From Eukaryota sp. GEM-RC1 (lineage: Eukaryota): a stretch of DNA of 64,000 nt. Position 1 is the stretch's first letter. The number at the start of each line of letters is the position of its first letter. The stretch is from positions 2,728,001 through 2,792,000 of the forward strand of contig JAUFOQ010000001.1 in NCBI GenBank assembly GCA_040285855.1. The letters are read 5' to 3'. This document shows positions 1 through 13,603 of this stretch, piece by piece. The position numbers were made by a program, and so were the translations under genes. The notes beneath the pieces were generated by a model, which was given only the letters and a program-made list of their open reading frames with translations, did no database searches and was not told the origin of the DNA.

Positions 1-2575
1 TCCCATTGAAACCAACAACAGACTGATGACTTTACGATTGAGAGGATGATCATCTGCAACTAGAATAGAGAATTGTCCTAATGTTAGAGTGTAATCACAA
101 CAAACCTCCGTTTACAGGAGTCTGACTGTGATGAATGTACGCAGTAGACCGTTTCCGTCCACTTAAGAACTGTTTTACCCTCTTATATGTAATTGGGGAA
201 TGTACAGTGAAGTACTCGTCATAGAATCCTTTGGGATCAATTACCATTACTGGTGATCCTTCGAACCCTGCCTTAATTAAAGGAATGAACTCTGAAAAGA
301 CTTCGTGATCAACAAAGACGTATTGCTGAAGAGATGTGTCAATAGCTGTAATTCTATTGAGAATTGTTTGTCTTGTAGGCTCTTCAAATCCATAACACTT
401 GACTCTCATTAGTCTAAGTTGAGCCAGAAGATAGCATGGCAGTGGCCGTCTTCTAGAAAACACAAAACATTGGTGATCTCGGAAGTAAGTGGGAGTGGCT
501 GCTTCATGAGGATGAACTAGAGGAAGAGTAAGCTGCAATTTGAACACAGATCCCTTCCCCTCCTTACTTCTAACGGTAATGTTTGAGCCCATCATTCTAG
601 CTAGAGAGCCTGAGATAGCTAGTCCTAGTCCTGAACCTCCGTATTTGGTAGTAATATGTGCATTGGCTTGAGTAAAAACAGTGAATAATTTGCCGAGGTC
701 TTCCGTTGAGATGCCAATACCGGTATCATGACAAGCAAGTGTGAACGATAGATTTCCATCTGCAATTGACTGTTTTCTAAGTTGAATTCTGACATAACCA
801 TCATGAGTAAATTTTAGAGCATTTGAGACCAAATTAATTAAAATTTGTTGAAGTCGATTGCAATCGCCAGTAACCATCACATCACAGACAGGGTCTACGG
901 TATTCAACAGCTCAACTGAAATTTTTGATCTAGCAATGTCTGAGTGCATTTCGACCACATGATCAACAATTGATGGCAGGTGAAACTCTGTCTGGTCAAG
1001 CGCAATTCTACCACTTTCAATTCTGGTAAAATCAAGAATGTTTGTGATAATAGAAAGCAACGATGACGAGGAATGATTCACAATCTCCAGTATTCTTTGG
1101 GATTCATCACTAAGGTCTGTACTTTGATCGAATAGAGATAACAATCCAATAATGCTGAGATGAATGATGAAGAGAACAACATACGAATTGAGCGCTGCAA
1201 TGAGGAAAACAAGTTTAACAAACGGGTTCGCTATGATAAGAGACATGTAAACTTGAACATACAATTTCATGAGATATTGTGGCCAAGAACAATGATTTTG
1301 CTTTGTTTGCTTGATCAGCAGCAGATATCGCATCCTTTAACTCTGTTAAATCAGTCATTACGCCAGTTACTTCCAGAACTTTACCATTTTCATCAAACTT
1401 TGTTGGACGACCAGACTTTCTTACCCAAATCAAGCGTGGAGGATCATGAAATGTATACCGATGTTCATCAAAAGTGGGAAACTCTTTCCCTTCAACCACA
1501 TCGTGCCACACAGAATCCCATTGGGCTAGATGCTCTGGCACCAACTTATTTCTTAACTCATCAAATGAAACAAATGAAGAGTGAAGTCCATGCATGTCTT
1601 GTGCTAACTTGCTAGAATGAATTGGTAAAGACCATACGTTAAGGAAAACACCCGCTCATTACAATAGAATCGCCAAAATCCAAGTTTTGCAAGTCTCTGA
1701 GCTCCCTCAAGATCTTCAGCTAACGACTGAAGTTGATCTTCTTTGTGATCTAACGTTTTTAACAACCTTTCTTTCTCCCTAAACTCCAATTCGTGTTGTT
1801 TGGAATCAGGTGTCTCTGCAGTTGGTTTAATTACACCAAAAACTCTAATAGTTTGACCATTGATCTGAGCACCATAGGCTTGACAGCTGATTAGCTGAGT
1901 CTTGTTTTTGATGAGGAAAGGTGCAGTGAAGACAGCATCAGAGCACACTCCATTGAGAACGTCATCAAACTGCTGTTGGATGTGAGTTCTATGGTTCGAA
2001 TCAAAGTGGTTCATAAAGTCTTGTAGAGTCTCTGGAACAGCAACATGAGATTCGAACAAGTTCAGATATCTGTCGTCAACATAAAATGAGTCATGAGAAG
2101 GGTTATAAATGAATGTTGAAACTCCACATAGAGATAAGAACTTCTCCATCAGCCAAGACGAAGTGGCAATTTGAGCTTCTTTTGGCAGAGGTTTTACGTT
2201 GTTAAATACAATTAGTGCTTCAAATGAGTTTAATGCAATAACATTGATAAGGAAGGTACGGGGTACTCCAATTGGGGATTGAAGTGTGATGATCTGAGCC
2301 TCCATTGGGATCGAGTGGGAGAGAGACTGTTTCAGTTTCTGGGTGAACAAAGAAGCTTCAAAAAAGTCTGGGAAGAGTGTATGTATATCCAATGATTTCA
2401 AGGACTCAACATCAGTATCTAGATGAAATGCCAACTTATGGAAAACATCTGCAATTGACCCATCTACGTTAATCAGAGCAATCGCTGAAGGGGATTCAAG
2501 GAGTGAATGTGGCATCCTGTAAAGATAATCAAGACTGACAGAGATATCCTCATCAAGATGAACACTGTGATACAT
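1..2575 (-). CDS. Hybrid sensor histidine kinase, copy 1 (PAS-like x2-3, HisKA, HATPase_c, receiver); 3' end runs off the window
   Basis: Introns at 1612-1637, 1231-1262, 1195-1223, 1155-1184 and 78-105 join the ORF pieces. Splicing gives H-box SHEIRTPLNSIIG, N-box ILINLVSNALKFT, G1 DTGIGI, G2 GGSGLGLAI and receiver start SILVADDHPLNRK. Confidence 0.9.
1155..1262 (-). other. Three tiny spliceosomal introns (32, 29, 30 nt) flanking microexons of 7 nt (1224-1230) and 10 nt (1185-1194)
   Basis: Boundaries GTATG..TAG, GTTTG..CAG, GTATG..CAG. Removing them restores E-I-R-T-P-L-N-S-I-I-G exactly. Confidence 0.9.
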
Positions 2576-2919
2576 GAAGGGTTTAACATCAGCTTATGTA
2601 TTGCAGTACCATTCTAGCAGTACATTCGTAATTTGTGCATGCACATTAGGGCTGTCCTTTTCATCAATCACCTAACACTAGAGATATGAGTTTGATTCAT
2701 AAAATACGACTCAAATTGAGAGAGTTGTGTGTCTTTACTCCGGAACAACATGCAAAACGATATTTGTAACTCAACATGAATCTAGAATGTTCGTTGTGAC
2801 TATATTGATTTAGAATATAACCAATGTACATTGTACTGTTTGGATTGGAACATAACAAAGTGTTATCTGTTGTACATCTGAATCAAAAACAGATATGACT
2901 AGAGAAAAGGAATACAAAC

Positions 2920-2964
2920 TCATCTACCATGAGGACGTCGTGATTTTCGAGGAAGAATATGATC
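2920..2964 (-). pseudogene. Displaced 3' end of histidine kinase copy 2 (DHILPRKSRRPHGR*)
   Basis: Removing retrotransposon 2969-9770 and one CATC TSD puts ...LITEM in frame with DHILPRKSRRPHGR-TGA. Confidence 0.75.
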
Positions 2965-2968
2965 CATC

Positions 2969-3059
2969 TAATACCTAAAGGTGCAAAGGGGAAGGTAAAG
3001 GGTGTTTATAAATCAAATTATACGTACTAGTAACACTTCACTAACACCTGTGGCTAACA
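2969..3059 (-). repeat. 3' LTR of copy 1 (91 bp, TGTTAG...GGTATTA)
   Basis: Exact match to the other three LTRs. Confidence 0.95.
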
Positions 3060-6000
3060 TTACCTCTTCTCTCTTCTTGAGCTCCTTGTCCTCTTAGCTA
3101 CAGGTGTCTTAACTACAGACGATGACTTTGGAATACTCATACTACTTGAGGTACGTTTAAGCTTAGTGGGTTTACTCTTAGCTACGTTTCTACTATTACA
3201 AAATAAATCTACATTTTCTAATTTTACAAATTCACTATACGCCTTGGTGTTCTTGATGTCCTTGGTGGGAACTGATGAAGTATCACCACCAAACCAAAGT
3301 ACAGTACAATGTTCACCATCGGGTGTATTGAACCTATCTAGGATCTTAACCACGATGTGTTCTTCAGAATCCCCAGAAGCAATTGCTCTGTGGAGATCAT
3401 GATCAGCAGGTAGATCTGATTGAAAGATCTTACATTGATGAATGCTAGTCTTACTAACATATCCAGTGATCAGATTCTTTAAGGAAACTGACGATTTCGA
3501 ATCAATTGAGACAACTAAATAAGGTCCAGTGTAATTACCATGAAGCTTACTAGTTTTGGATGCTTTTAAAACAAGGTCTCCTACATTGAATGATTGACTG
3601 GGGCCAGACTTCTTCTTTGGCTTGAGTCTCGATTGACGAACCTCTGCCTCTTCTCTCTTTTTAGTAAGACGATCCAGTTTCATTTTAATGTCGTTAATAA
3701 ACGGAACATTCTTTGTTGATTTCTCAACAGCAGCTAGTAAATTACTAGGATCTGCACCAGGACTTATGTCACTACCAAACATCAATTCATAAGGTGAGTG
3801 CCCAGTCACAGAACTATTCGTTGCGTTGATTTGCAATTGTACAGTTGGAATGTACGTTGACCAATTGTCATAATCATTGAAGTCCACAAGAAGACGACGT
3901 AGGCTTTGCAGAACGTCTCTGTGACGTCGTTCCACCAGTCCATTACTCTGGGAGAAATGAGGAATCGAACGACTTACTTCAATCGCCAGTAGGTTACATA
4001 TTGCCTCGAAAATAGCATTGGCAAACTCGGTACCATTATCACTATGGATACAAAACGGTATTCCAAAGATAGCAATCACATCCCACACAAGACGATATGC
4101 TACTTCTCTACTGTTAAGTTCTTCGAGGGGGGCTCAAAATGGTGTATCTGGTGAAAGAATCTACAAACACCAATAGGAATTGGTTTCCATTTTGATCTTT
4201 TGGAAGTGGACCAATTGTGTCGACATTAAGTCTGGCAAAAGGTCTATCAGCCCATAGAGAACCCGTCGATTCAATTATCTTTTTAGGGACAGGTGCCGTT
4301 TTCTGACACGCAGGGCATTGCTTAACATGTTTTACCATGTCAGCTTTCATACTTGGCCAAAAGTAACCACTATTGAACAATATTTCCAAACTTCGTTTCT
4401 TGTTTGGATGTCCTGACTGGACTAATCCATGTAGCATGTAAAGAACTTTCGTTCTCAAACTAGATGGAATCAAAATCTTGTTCTTGGAGTTGATGTATAC
4501 GTTGCTCATAGTACACAGTGTTGAATCCTGAAACAGTTGATCTCCTTCATTGATAGCTTTGTGTTGTTCAGCTCGAATGGTTGATAACCAAGAATCAAAT
4601 AAAGGCAATTTATTGTATGTTGAGAGGTCTTGTAGACTCTTGATAGCTAGTATGTTGGTGTTACAAGGAAGCATCTCAACGTAATCAGCTTCATCATAGA
4701 TTAACCCTTCGTGAGAAAGAATTATATCATTTCTGATGGTATGATTTGAGATCAACAGAGATTTGATTGTTTCAACTGGGCGACGGTCAATGACACGTGA
4801 TAACATGTCAGCCCATTGATTGTTTGTACCAGCTACATGCTCTATCTCAAAATCAAACTCCGAGAAAATTGGAATCCATCGTTTGACAATACGATTCTTC
4901 TCTGGAGCTGAAATCAGATAAGCAAGGTTCCTATGATCTGTAAAGATCGTCAAATGCCTACTTAATAGGAAACCTTCTAAACTAGATTCGGTCAGAATCA
5001 AGAGAATGGCATACAGCTCTTTCTGGATAGCTGCCCAATTCTGTTGACTATCATTGAGTAAACGGCTATAAAACGATACAGGTCTAACTCTACGTTCTTC
5101 TAACGGAGTTCCTGGAGGAGCTGGAGGATTTTCTTCCTGCCAGATCACTCCACCAACAGCAATGTCGGATGCATCTGTGGATATGATAATGTTCTTATCA
5201 GTATCAGGTAAGTCTAAAGCCATATGGTTTATTATTTCAGTTTTAATTTTGTCTAATAAAGCATCATGGTCTTTTGTCCAAGCAATTTTCTTGGGTTTAC
5301 CACGAGTCAGTTCATTGATTGATGCAGTCAAGTTCGAGTAGTTTGGAATCCATTCACGAACATAATTTAAAGCACCAAGTAAACTTCTAACTTCAGGTAA
5401 AGTTGAAGGAGCAGGTAACTCAATCAACGCCGAAACTCTTTTATCATCTATGCAACGGGTTTTATTACAAAAGTTGCTGCCCAGAATCTTATTAGGATGT
5501 CTAGAAGTGGTGAACCTACACTTCTTCAATCCAATCCGTACTCTAAAACGTTCTGCTCGTTCCAGTACTAGATTTATTCTTGAAATAAACTCTTCAAAGG
5601 TATTGCCTACAACAATTATATCATCAATATAAATGAAAACACCTTCGACATTGAAAATTTCCATCATGATGTTTTGAAAGATTGCTGGTACGTTTTTCAA
5701 TCCAAAACATGCTCGTTTAAAGCTAATTGACATTCCAGGTATAGACACACTGGTCTTCTCGACATCTTCTTCAGCTACATTTAGCTGCCAGAATGCTTTA
5801 GGAAGGTCAAGTGTTCCAATGAAATTAGCTTTCGAAAGGAACTCTAGAACATCACAGATCCGTGGTAAATTTGGTTTCACCGGTCTGGTATTAGCATTAA
5901 TCCCATCAGGTCCACTGAAATCTCCAGTTAAACGAGGCTTACGGTGATCATTATATACCACCAAGACTATGGGACTACTGAACTTACCAGTTGATGGTAC

Positions 6001-7077
6001 GGCCCATCCTTGTCGTATAAGTTCATTAAAAATTTCTTCGGCTATTCGCTGTTTTTCAGGGTTAAGCCTTCTAGGAGGACGAAATACAGTGACAGATTCA
6101 TCATAAAATGGAATTGTCATGGGTGGACAATCAATACCATCAGGATGTATGTCTTCTGAAAAGACTTGTTTGTATTTACTGAGTAGGCTCAGAAGCTCCG
6201 TTCTTCTTGTAGGATCATCCAATTCTATCGTGCAACCAGAGTTGTCAATGGTTTCTTCAAACAGATTTATATCTAATTGAGTGTTACCGTACTGATCAAT
6301 AGGAAAATGTGTTGAATGTTGATTTATTGAACATTTTGATTGAACTCTATTAATCGAAATTGATGGAGACCTCATTCTCTCATCAAATTCACTCTCTGCA
6401 TTGAGAATAGTGCGATGTTCTTTATCTAATCTAATGACTAGACCATCATCCGAAAGCAACCCCAGTTCTTCTTGCAAATCTCTACCAATGAGGAGAATTT
6501 TCGTTCCAGGAACTACAGGTAGAGTATGCTTAACATGAATCTGGTTGGCCAAGCTGCCAACGTTGAACGTCAGAACACCAATTGCACTACCTAAGGAAGT
6601 AGCACGAATATTATTCGCTGAGATGTATTCAATACAACTATCAGTTGTTGTCATCTCACAGTAGCGTATCAAATCTTGAGAAATTACTGAACATGATGCT
6701 GCTGAGTCAAATTCTCCTACTACTGGTACATTGTTGATTAACAATCGAATACATAAAGGACCGTTACCTTTAGTTTCGAACCCTAGGTTCTGGTTGAGAC
6801 TACGAATTGTTTCAACTGATGAAACACTTTTACCCGTACTTGATTGTGTGATCAAAGTAGCCAAAGGGTTAGTGTATTTGAGTGGTGTAGTGTTTTTGTT
6901 TGAATTATGTTGTGCATTATCAATTTTGAAAATGTATCTAGGAGATTTATGATTTTTAAAACTACGAGAACGACTATCAGGACGACTATCACCAGACCTA
7001 CGCTTATTGGACTTTGCATTATCCTGAGATTTACGACAATCAGGAGCATAATGGCCTTTTTGCCACATTTGAAACAT
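3060..7077 (-). CDS. pol: Pol (protease, RT, RNase H, integrase, degenerate chromodomain-like tail), copy 1; extra G in the run at ~4127-4132
   Basis: FDSAAS, LDLPKAFWQL, YIDDI, TDASD, HHCC (H..GHP..CPAC), VDTIGPLP, SDNGTEF, NGLVER, YTGPY. Copy 2 is intact at the 4130 break. Confidence 0.93.
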
Positions 7078-9664
7078 TCTACATCAGTGGACTTACCATC
7101 AGAGGGTTTAGAGTACCTCTGGTTGAAGGACTTTCTAGGAAAACGAGAATTTCCACGGGAATGGTCACGAGACCTTCTTTGAGAGTTTGAAAACGATGTC
7201 GTTGGCATCGAACGCTTGTAATCGATCCAAGCTGTCTTTACTTCACTCAAAAATTCAGGAAGCAAATGTTCATTGTTCTTTAAAGTGTGTTCCCACTTAA
7301 CTTGGAGATCGTTTAGAGCAGCAATTTCTTTCTGAGGATTGAGTGTACATAACACTAAGTCGGCTGAGATGCTAGCTGGGAGAAAAGTTCTACCAGTACC
7401 TAGGGAAATGGCTGTCGAACATTTTAAAATGTTGATAACAAGCTTTAGGTACCGATTCATTACAGTGGATGGATCATTAGATTGACTAAGTCTAAGATTC
7501 TTCAGATCACCCATAGCTTGAGTAGTAGAAGTGTATTGGCTCAGGAGAACCAATCTGAACCAAAGGTCTTTTTCAGTTATGTTTGAATCTGGACCTGGAA
7601 CATTTAGAAGCTTCCAGTCACTCAGCAATTGACGATCAATGAATTCGGAAACACCAGTAGGATCAATCTCTAACAAAGTGAGTCTTACGAGATCAAATTT
7701 ATTGATTGGAGCGATACCTAAACGAGTGTCAAAGTCTTTACGATTTGATTGTTTCCGGACATGAATTGCCCAATAACTAAATTCATGGATGAACTTAATT
7801 ATGTCCTCGCGACTCTCGGATTTGAGGCAGCTGGGTCTTGATTTCTTTGAAATGGACTTTTTCTTTGTTCGATCTTTTCTTTGAGGGACACCAGAAAAAA
7901 TGATGGGAGTATCAGCCAAAACGTTCGGTTCTTCGTCTTCAGATGAGCTATCTTCAGACATAGAGTCAGTGACATCAGAAAGTTCTGCCAAAGGTGATTT
8001 TGATTGAGAAGTCAGATCACTTATCTCGATCGAATTTGATCGTTTAGGAGTTTTTCTACTTCTGGTCATGTGAGCAACATGATTTTTTCTATTTTGAGCA
8101 AGCTGTTCTGAGGAGAGAGCCATGGACATAGATTCATCACAACCTTTAGCAAAGCCTTCTGGCTTACGATAAACACTTTCATGTTCTTCTAAGCTGATGA
8201 ATCTTTCTTCACCACCAAATTGAGCTTCAAAATTTTGGGTAGAGATACCATCTCTAAGACCGTGTGTAAATCTATCAACCTGCTCAGGTCTGTAAACTTC
8301 ACCAGGGAAGAATCTTTGAACACTATCTAAGCCATTTAAATCAGAAAGGTTCGGAGCAAATGTAGCTTTTTCACACATAGCTTGAGAAGCTAATGGGAGT
8401 ACCAATTGGGAACCACCAATTCCAGAAAAAGGTTGAACAGGGACAGAGTCAACATCTTGTGGTGAAGTTGACAAACTATCCAGAACTCTTGTCGCCGCAG
8501 GTAAATGACTATACTGATGACCAGTAGGGAGCCATTCGGTACTTACAGAAACGTTGTGATATAACTTGCGTTTATTGTTCAACGAATGTAAGTACCAGGC
8601 GGAGTATTCATATGAAACTGACTGACCATCAGCACTGAATATCTGGACTAAAGGTTCAATGATGATACCATGTCTAGGATCCCAAGAGTAGGTGGAAGGA
8701 AACCTATAAGTATCACCAGCTCTACTATCATATAAGTCACCCAAAAACTGTTTTATGGCTTGAGGAGACGTGCCAGGAGGAACATTTTTCAGCAAGTAAT
8801 GTCTTCCAGCAGGCATTCTATGACGCAAAGTGGGATGCCAGGGAGCAAATTTGGCAAGATGCCACAAGTCGTAGTCAGAGATGGAGACACTCTGATCGTA
8901 CGGACTTACAAACGGGATGAGATCGTTGGGAACTGCATCTCTATGAGGTCTAGACACATAACCGGTTTGTTGTTCTACAGCTAGAGCTCTCTCAGTCATG
9001 GAAAGATTAGCTGTTTTTTGCTGTTGCTCCAGAAGCTGTCGTTTTGCTTCTTCTGCCCTGGTCTTATGCTGAGCTAGGACTGTTTGAAGTTGCCTAAGGC
9101 TCTCTTCAACCTCTCTAGACAGAGGAACTGAAGGATCAACGTTATCTTTATTTAATAAACTACTAACTAACAAGGAAGAATCAGAAACATGATGAGAGGG
9201 CAATGATGTTGGCTGAACTACAGACGAAGTAGCATTACCCACAACATTGTCTCCCGGAGTACTAGTGGTATCTGAAAAGATAACGGGGACTCCGTATTTC
9301 TCCAGAACCTTCTTGATTCCAAGAGGATCTTCCTGTTCTGGTCCAATGGATGACTCCAAAGGACCAGGGTTGCCGCCAGACTCCGAAGAGCCCAAGGGTC
9401 TTATACCAGTCGTTTCGCCGGCTTCCGAAGAAGCCAAGGAACTTCCATCAACGTTTGAAGATGGGCTCTCGTGTGAGGAGAGACTCTCGGGTGAGGAGAG
9501 TTCGGACACAAAGTCCTCTTCATCTACTGAGGATTCAGTAGGCACTTCGATCGGGGTGGCAGAGCTCTTCGATACTCTGGTCTTTTGACAGACCTACTTG
9601 GCTGTCTGCGGTTAGTAACTCCTTTCTTAGGAGCAGCTGTAGTAAGATTCCTCTTTTTTACCAT
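6852..9664 (-). CDS. gag: Gag with long N-terminal extension, copy 1; one base missing in the run at ~9583
   Basis: Near-identical to 14207-17020; ATG at 9664; zinc knuckle begins CFKCGKK. Confidence 0.8.
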
Positions 9665-9679
9665 GAGGATAATAATTAT

Positions 9680-9770
9680 TAATACCTAAAGGTGCAAAGG
9701 GGAAGGTAAAGGGTGTTTATAAATCAAATTATACGTACTAGTAACACTTCACTAACACCTGTGGCTAACA
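9680..9770 (-). repeat. 5' LTR of copy 1
   Basis: Exact 91-bp repeat. Confidence 0.95.
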
Positions 9771-12616
9771 CATCTCTGTGATCAAATCACTTCTGGACAC
9801 TGGTTTTGCCATCCATGAGTTCATTCCACTGTTAATAGTATGGTACCTCGATTCAACGGACACATCACCAGTCAGACAGAGAATTTTTACCTTGGAAAGA
9901 CCATTCATGCCTTCATGTCTACGTATATCCTTTGCAGCTTGAGTTCCGGAGTACGGCATTCTATAGTCTAAACAAACCAGATCATAAGCACTTGGATTAT
10001 CTCGATATTTCTCCGCTGCTTTGTCACCATTATCAACTAGAGTCACCACACATCCCAATGAACCTAACAACAGACTAATGAATTTACGATTGAGAGGGCG
10101 ATCATCTGCAACAAGAATAGAGAATTGTCCTAATGTAAGAAAGAAAGCAAAACAAACCTCCATTGACAGGAGCCCTCAGAGTTTGAATCTTACGATAATG
10201 CAGATGTGGGGTGGACCGTTTCCATCCACTTAAGAACTGCTTTACTCTCTTATATGTAATTTGGGAATGAACAGTGGAGTACTCGCCATATGATCCTTTG
10301 GGATCAATTACCATTACTGGTGATCCTTCAAAACCTGCCTTGATTAAGGGAATGAACTCTGAAAAGACTTCGTGATCAACAATAATATACTGCTGAAGAG
10401 TTGTATCAATAGCTGTTATTCTATTGAGAATTGATTGCCTTGATGGTTCTTCAAATCCGTAACACTTCGTTTTCATTAGTCTAAGTTGAGCCAGAAGAAA
10501 ATAGGAGAGCGGTCGTCGTCTACAAAACACAAAGCATTGGTGATCTCGGAAGTAGGTGGGAGTTGCTGCTTCATGTGGATGTACCAGGGGAAGAGTAAGC
10601 CGTAGTTTGAATACCGATCCTTTGCCCTCCCTACTTCTAACGGTAATGTTGGAGCCCATCATTCTAGCTAGGGACCCTGAGATAGCTAGTCCTAACCCTG
10701 AACCTCCGTACTTGGTCGTGATTTGGGCATTGGCTTGAGTGAAAACATTGAACAATTTGCCAACATCACTAGTTGAGATGCCAATACCAGTATCGTGGCA
10801 GGAAAGAGTGAACGATAGATTTTTATCTGCTATTGATTGTTTTCTAAGTTGGATTCTGACATAACCACTGTGAGTAAACTTTAGTGCATTCGAGACCAAG
10901 TTGATTAAAATTTGTTGAATTCGATTACGATCACCGACTACCATCACGTCACAGACAGGGTCTACAGTATTCAATAGCTCAACTGATGCTTTGGACCCAA
11001 CAATGTCTGAGTGTATTTCAATCACATGATCGATAATTGATGGTAGGTGAAATTCTGTCTGGTCAAGCTCAATCCTACCACTTTCGATTCTGGTAAAGTC
11101 AAGAATGTTTGTGATAATAGAAAGTAACGATGATGATGAATGGTTGACAATCTCCAGAATTCTTTGCGATTCATCGCTAAGGTCTGCACTTTGATCTAAT
11201 AAAGACAACAAACCAATAATGCTGAGATGAATGATGAAGAGAACAACATACGAATTGAGCGCTGCAATAAGGAAAACAAGTTGAACAAACGGGTTCGCTA
11301 TGATAAAAAACATGTAAACTGGGACATACAATTTCATGAGATATTGTTGCCAAAAACAAGGATTGTGCACGGTTAGCTTCACTTGCTGCCACTATTGCAT
11401 CATTTAGCTCTGTTAAATCAAGCATTACGCCAGTTACTTCCAGAACTTTACCATCTTCGTCGAACTTTGATGGACGGCCAGACTTTCTTACCCAAATCAA
11501 GCGTGGAGGATCATCAAACGTATACCGATGTTCATCAAATGTTGGAAACTCTTTCCCTTCGAAAACATCGTGCCATGACGAATCCCATAGCTGTAAGAAA
11601 TCAGGAACTAACTTATTCCTGAAATCATCATAAGAAACAGATACTGAGTGAAGTCCATGAATTTCTTGAGCACTCTTGCTGAAATGAATAGTAAAAGAAC
11701 ATACGTCAAGTAAAATACTTGATTTTCACAATCGAGACGCCAAAATCCAAACTATGCAAGACACTGCGCATCCTTTAGATCTTTCTTTATCGATAAAACT
11801 TGATTTTCCTTACTGTGTAGAGTTTTCAACAACTTTTCTTTCTCCTTAAACTCCAATTTGTGTTGCTCGAAATCAGGTGTATCTGAGATTGGTTTGATGA
11901 CGCCAAAAACTCTAACGGTGTGACGATTTAACTCAGCTGCAAAAGCTTGACAGCTGATTAGCTGAGTCTTGCCATTGATGAGGAAAGGTGCAGTGAAGAC
12001 AGCATCAGAGCTCACCCCATTGAGAACGTCATCAAACTGCTGTTGGATGTGCATTTTGTGGGTTAAATCAAAGTGGTTCATAAAGTCTTGTAGAGTCTCT
12101 GGAACACCGATAGGAGATTTGAACATTTTCAAATATCTGTCGTCAACATAAAAGGAGTCATGCGAAGGATTATATATGAATGTTGAAACTCCACACAGGG
12201 ATAAGCATTTCTCCATTAACCAGGAAGAAGTGGCAACCTGTGCTTCCCTTTGGTAGAGGTTTTGCGTTGTTAAATACAATTAGTGCCTCAAATGAGTTTA
12301 ATGTAATAACATTGATTAAGAAAGAACGGGGAACCCCTGTTGGGGATTGAAGTGTGAAGATCTGAGATTCCATTGGGATCGAGTGGGAGAGAGACTGTAT
12401 CAGTTTCTGGGTGAACAAAGACGCTTCAAAGAAGTCTGGGAAGAGTGTATGGATGTCTAGAGATTTCAAGGATTCAACGTCAGTATCAAGATGAAATGCC
12501 AACTTACGGGAAACGTCAGCAATGATCCCATCTACGTTGACAAGAGCAATCGCTGAAGGAGATTCAAGGAGTGGCCGTGGCATTCTGGGTGGAGAATCAA
12601 GACTGACAGAGATATC
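9771..12616 (-). pseudogene. Hybrid histidine kinase, copy 2, probably disabled
   Basis: Paralog of 1-2575 with the same introns (11679-11704, 11298-11329, 11262-11290, 11222-11251, 10130-10157) and receiver LVCLDYRMP...KPV. Defects: in-frame TAG at 11752-11754, an extra base near 12246, and an LTR insertion near the C-terminus. The 5' start is uncertain. Confidence 0.8.
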
Positions 12617-13032
12617 CTATGATAAACGTTTAAAGATGACTTGTCGTCGTTCACCCGAGACACTCTCCATCCGGTGAAAGAAGTAAGTGTGTGCCGATTG
12701 TTCGATACCAATTATCATTATGGATCAGGAGGTACAGTAAAACGCGAACAAGCTTAATATTAACAATAGTTACTTTCAAGTGCTTGCAAGCTCTACAAGT
12801 GCATAAATTCTGAAGTAATCTGATTAAGACACCCGTTATGAGGACATCACGTCACACAAAGAAGGATGCAAGTAAAAACACTGTTATACATAACAAACCG
12901 TAGCGAATATTGGTCTAGCCCTATCTAAGTGCAATTATTGGTCGTTGTGCACTGAATCCTAACGGTTGTACATCAATAGATGTATATCGATTTGGAATTA
13001 AGTTGAGATGATGATTCTAACCCCCTCCTAAT

Positions 13033-13603
13033 TTGACTTGACTCATGAGTCAACCAAGCCTGACTCGAGCTGACTCATTTTAACAACCTTTGACTTGACT
13101 TGACTTGACTCATGAGTCAACCTGACTCGAGCTGACTCATTTTGAATGCTTTTTTCTATTGTACTTTATAACATAACACAAATCCTACTGTTTTCCACTG
13201 ATCTGAATTTAATACACCTGTTTCGTACCACGAACGTAAACACAGTAAACACCTTGCAGTATCGTCAGAAAGTCTTTCCCCTTTCTTTGTTACAATTTGG
13301 TTTGCAGCAGAGAACTCCAAACAGGAGAACGAATTTTACTAGAGTCTCAATAACGATAGGGTTTGATGAAGACATTGAGGAAAGACAAATGAATTTATAC
13401 AGAGAACAGCTACTAATTCGATGTACGTTGTATAATAGAATACGTTTGAATTGTATTAAATTGTATTTATTAGAGTAAACTTGAGTAGAGCTGACTCACA
13501 GACAGAAACATAGGCTTGGCTTGACTCGTGAGTCAAATGAGCCTGACTCGAGCTGACTGACTCAAAGCTCAGTGAGTTAGCTTGACTCAAAATTACAATC
13601 CTA
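13033..13603. mobile_element. hAT-like non-autonomous element, left TIR lost
   Basis: CTCCTAAT flanks both sides (13025-13032, 13604-13611). The right end reads TAGGATTGTAATT on the minus strand. Dense TGACTC/GAGTCA subterminal repeats at both ends. Confidence 0.65.

Larger units (their letters stand above)
2969..9770 (-). mobile_element. Ty3/Gypsy-type LTR retrotransposon, copy 1 (6802 bp)
   Basis: Identical 91-bp LTRs at 9680-9770 and 2969-3059; CATC TSD at 2965-2968 and 9771-9774; gag-PR-RT-RH-IN order. Confidence 0.97.

Noticed and set aside
95..1333. N-terminal transmembrane sensor segment in the 412-aa and 426-aa kinase ORFs
   Set aside because: The hydrophobic stretch is translated intron sequence; the spliced model restores the H-box. 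Kept only as a speculative isoform.
1..12616. Bacterial contamination or prokaryotic origin of the kinase region
   Set aside because: Spliceosomal introns and eukaryotic transposons are embedded in and around the genes.
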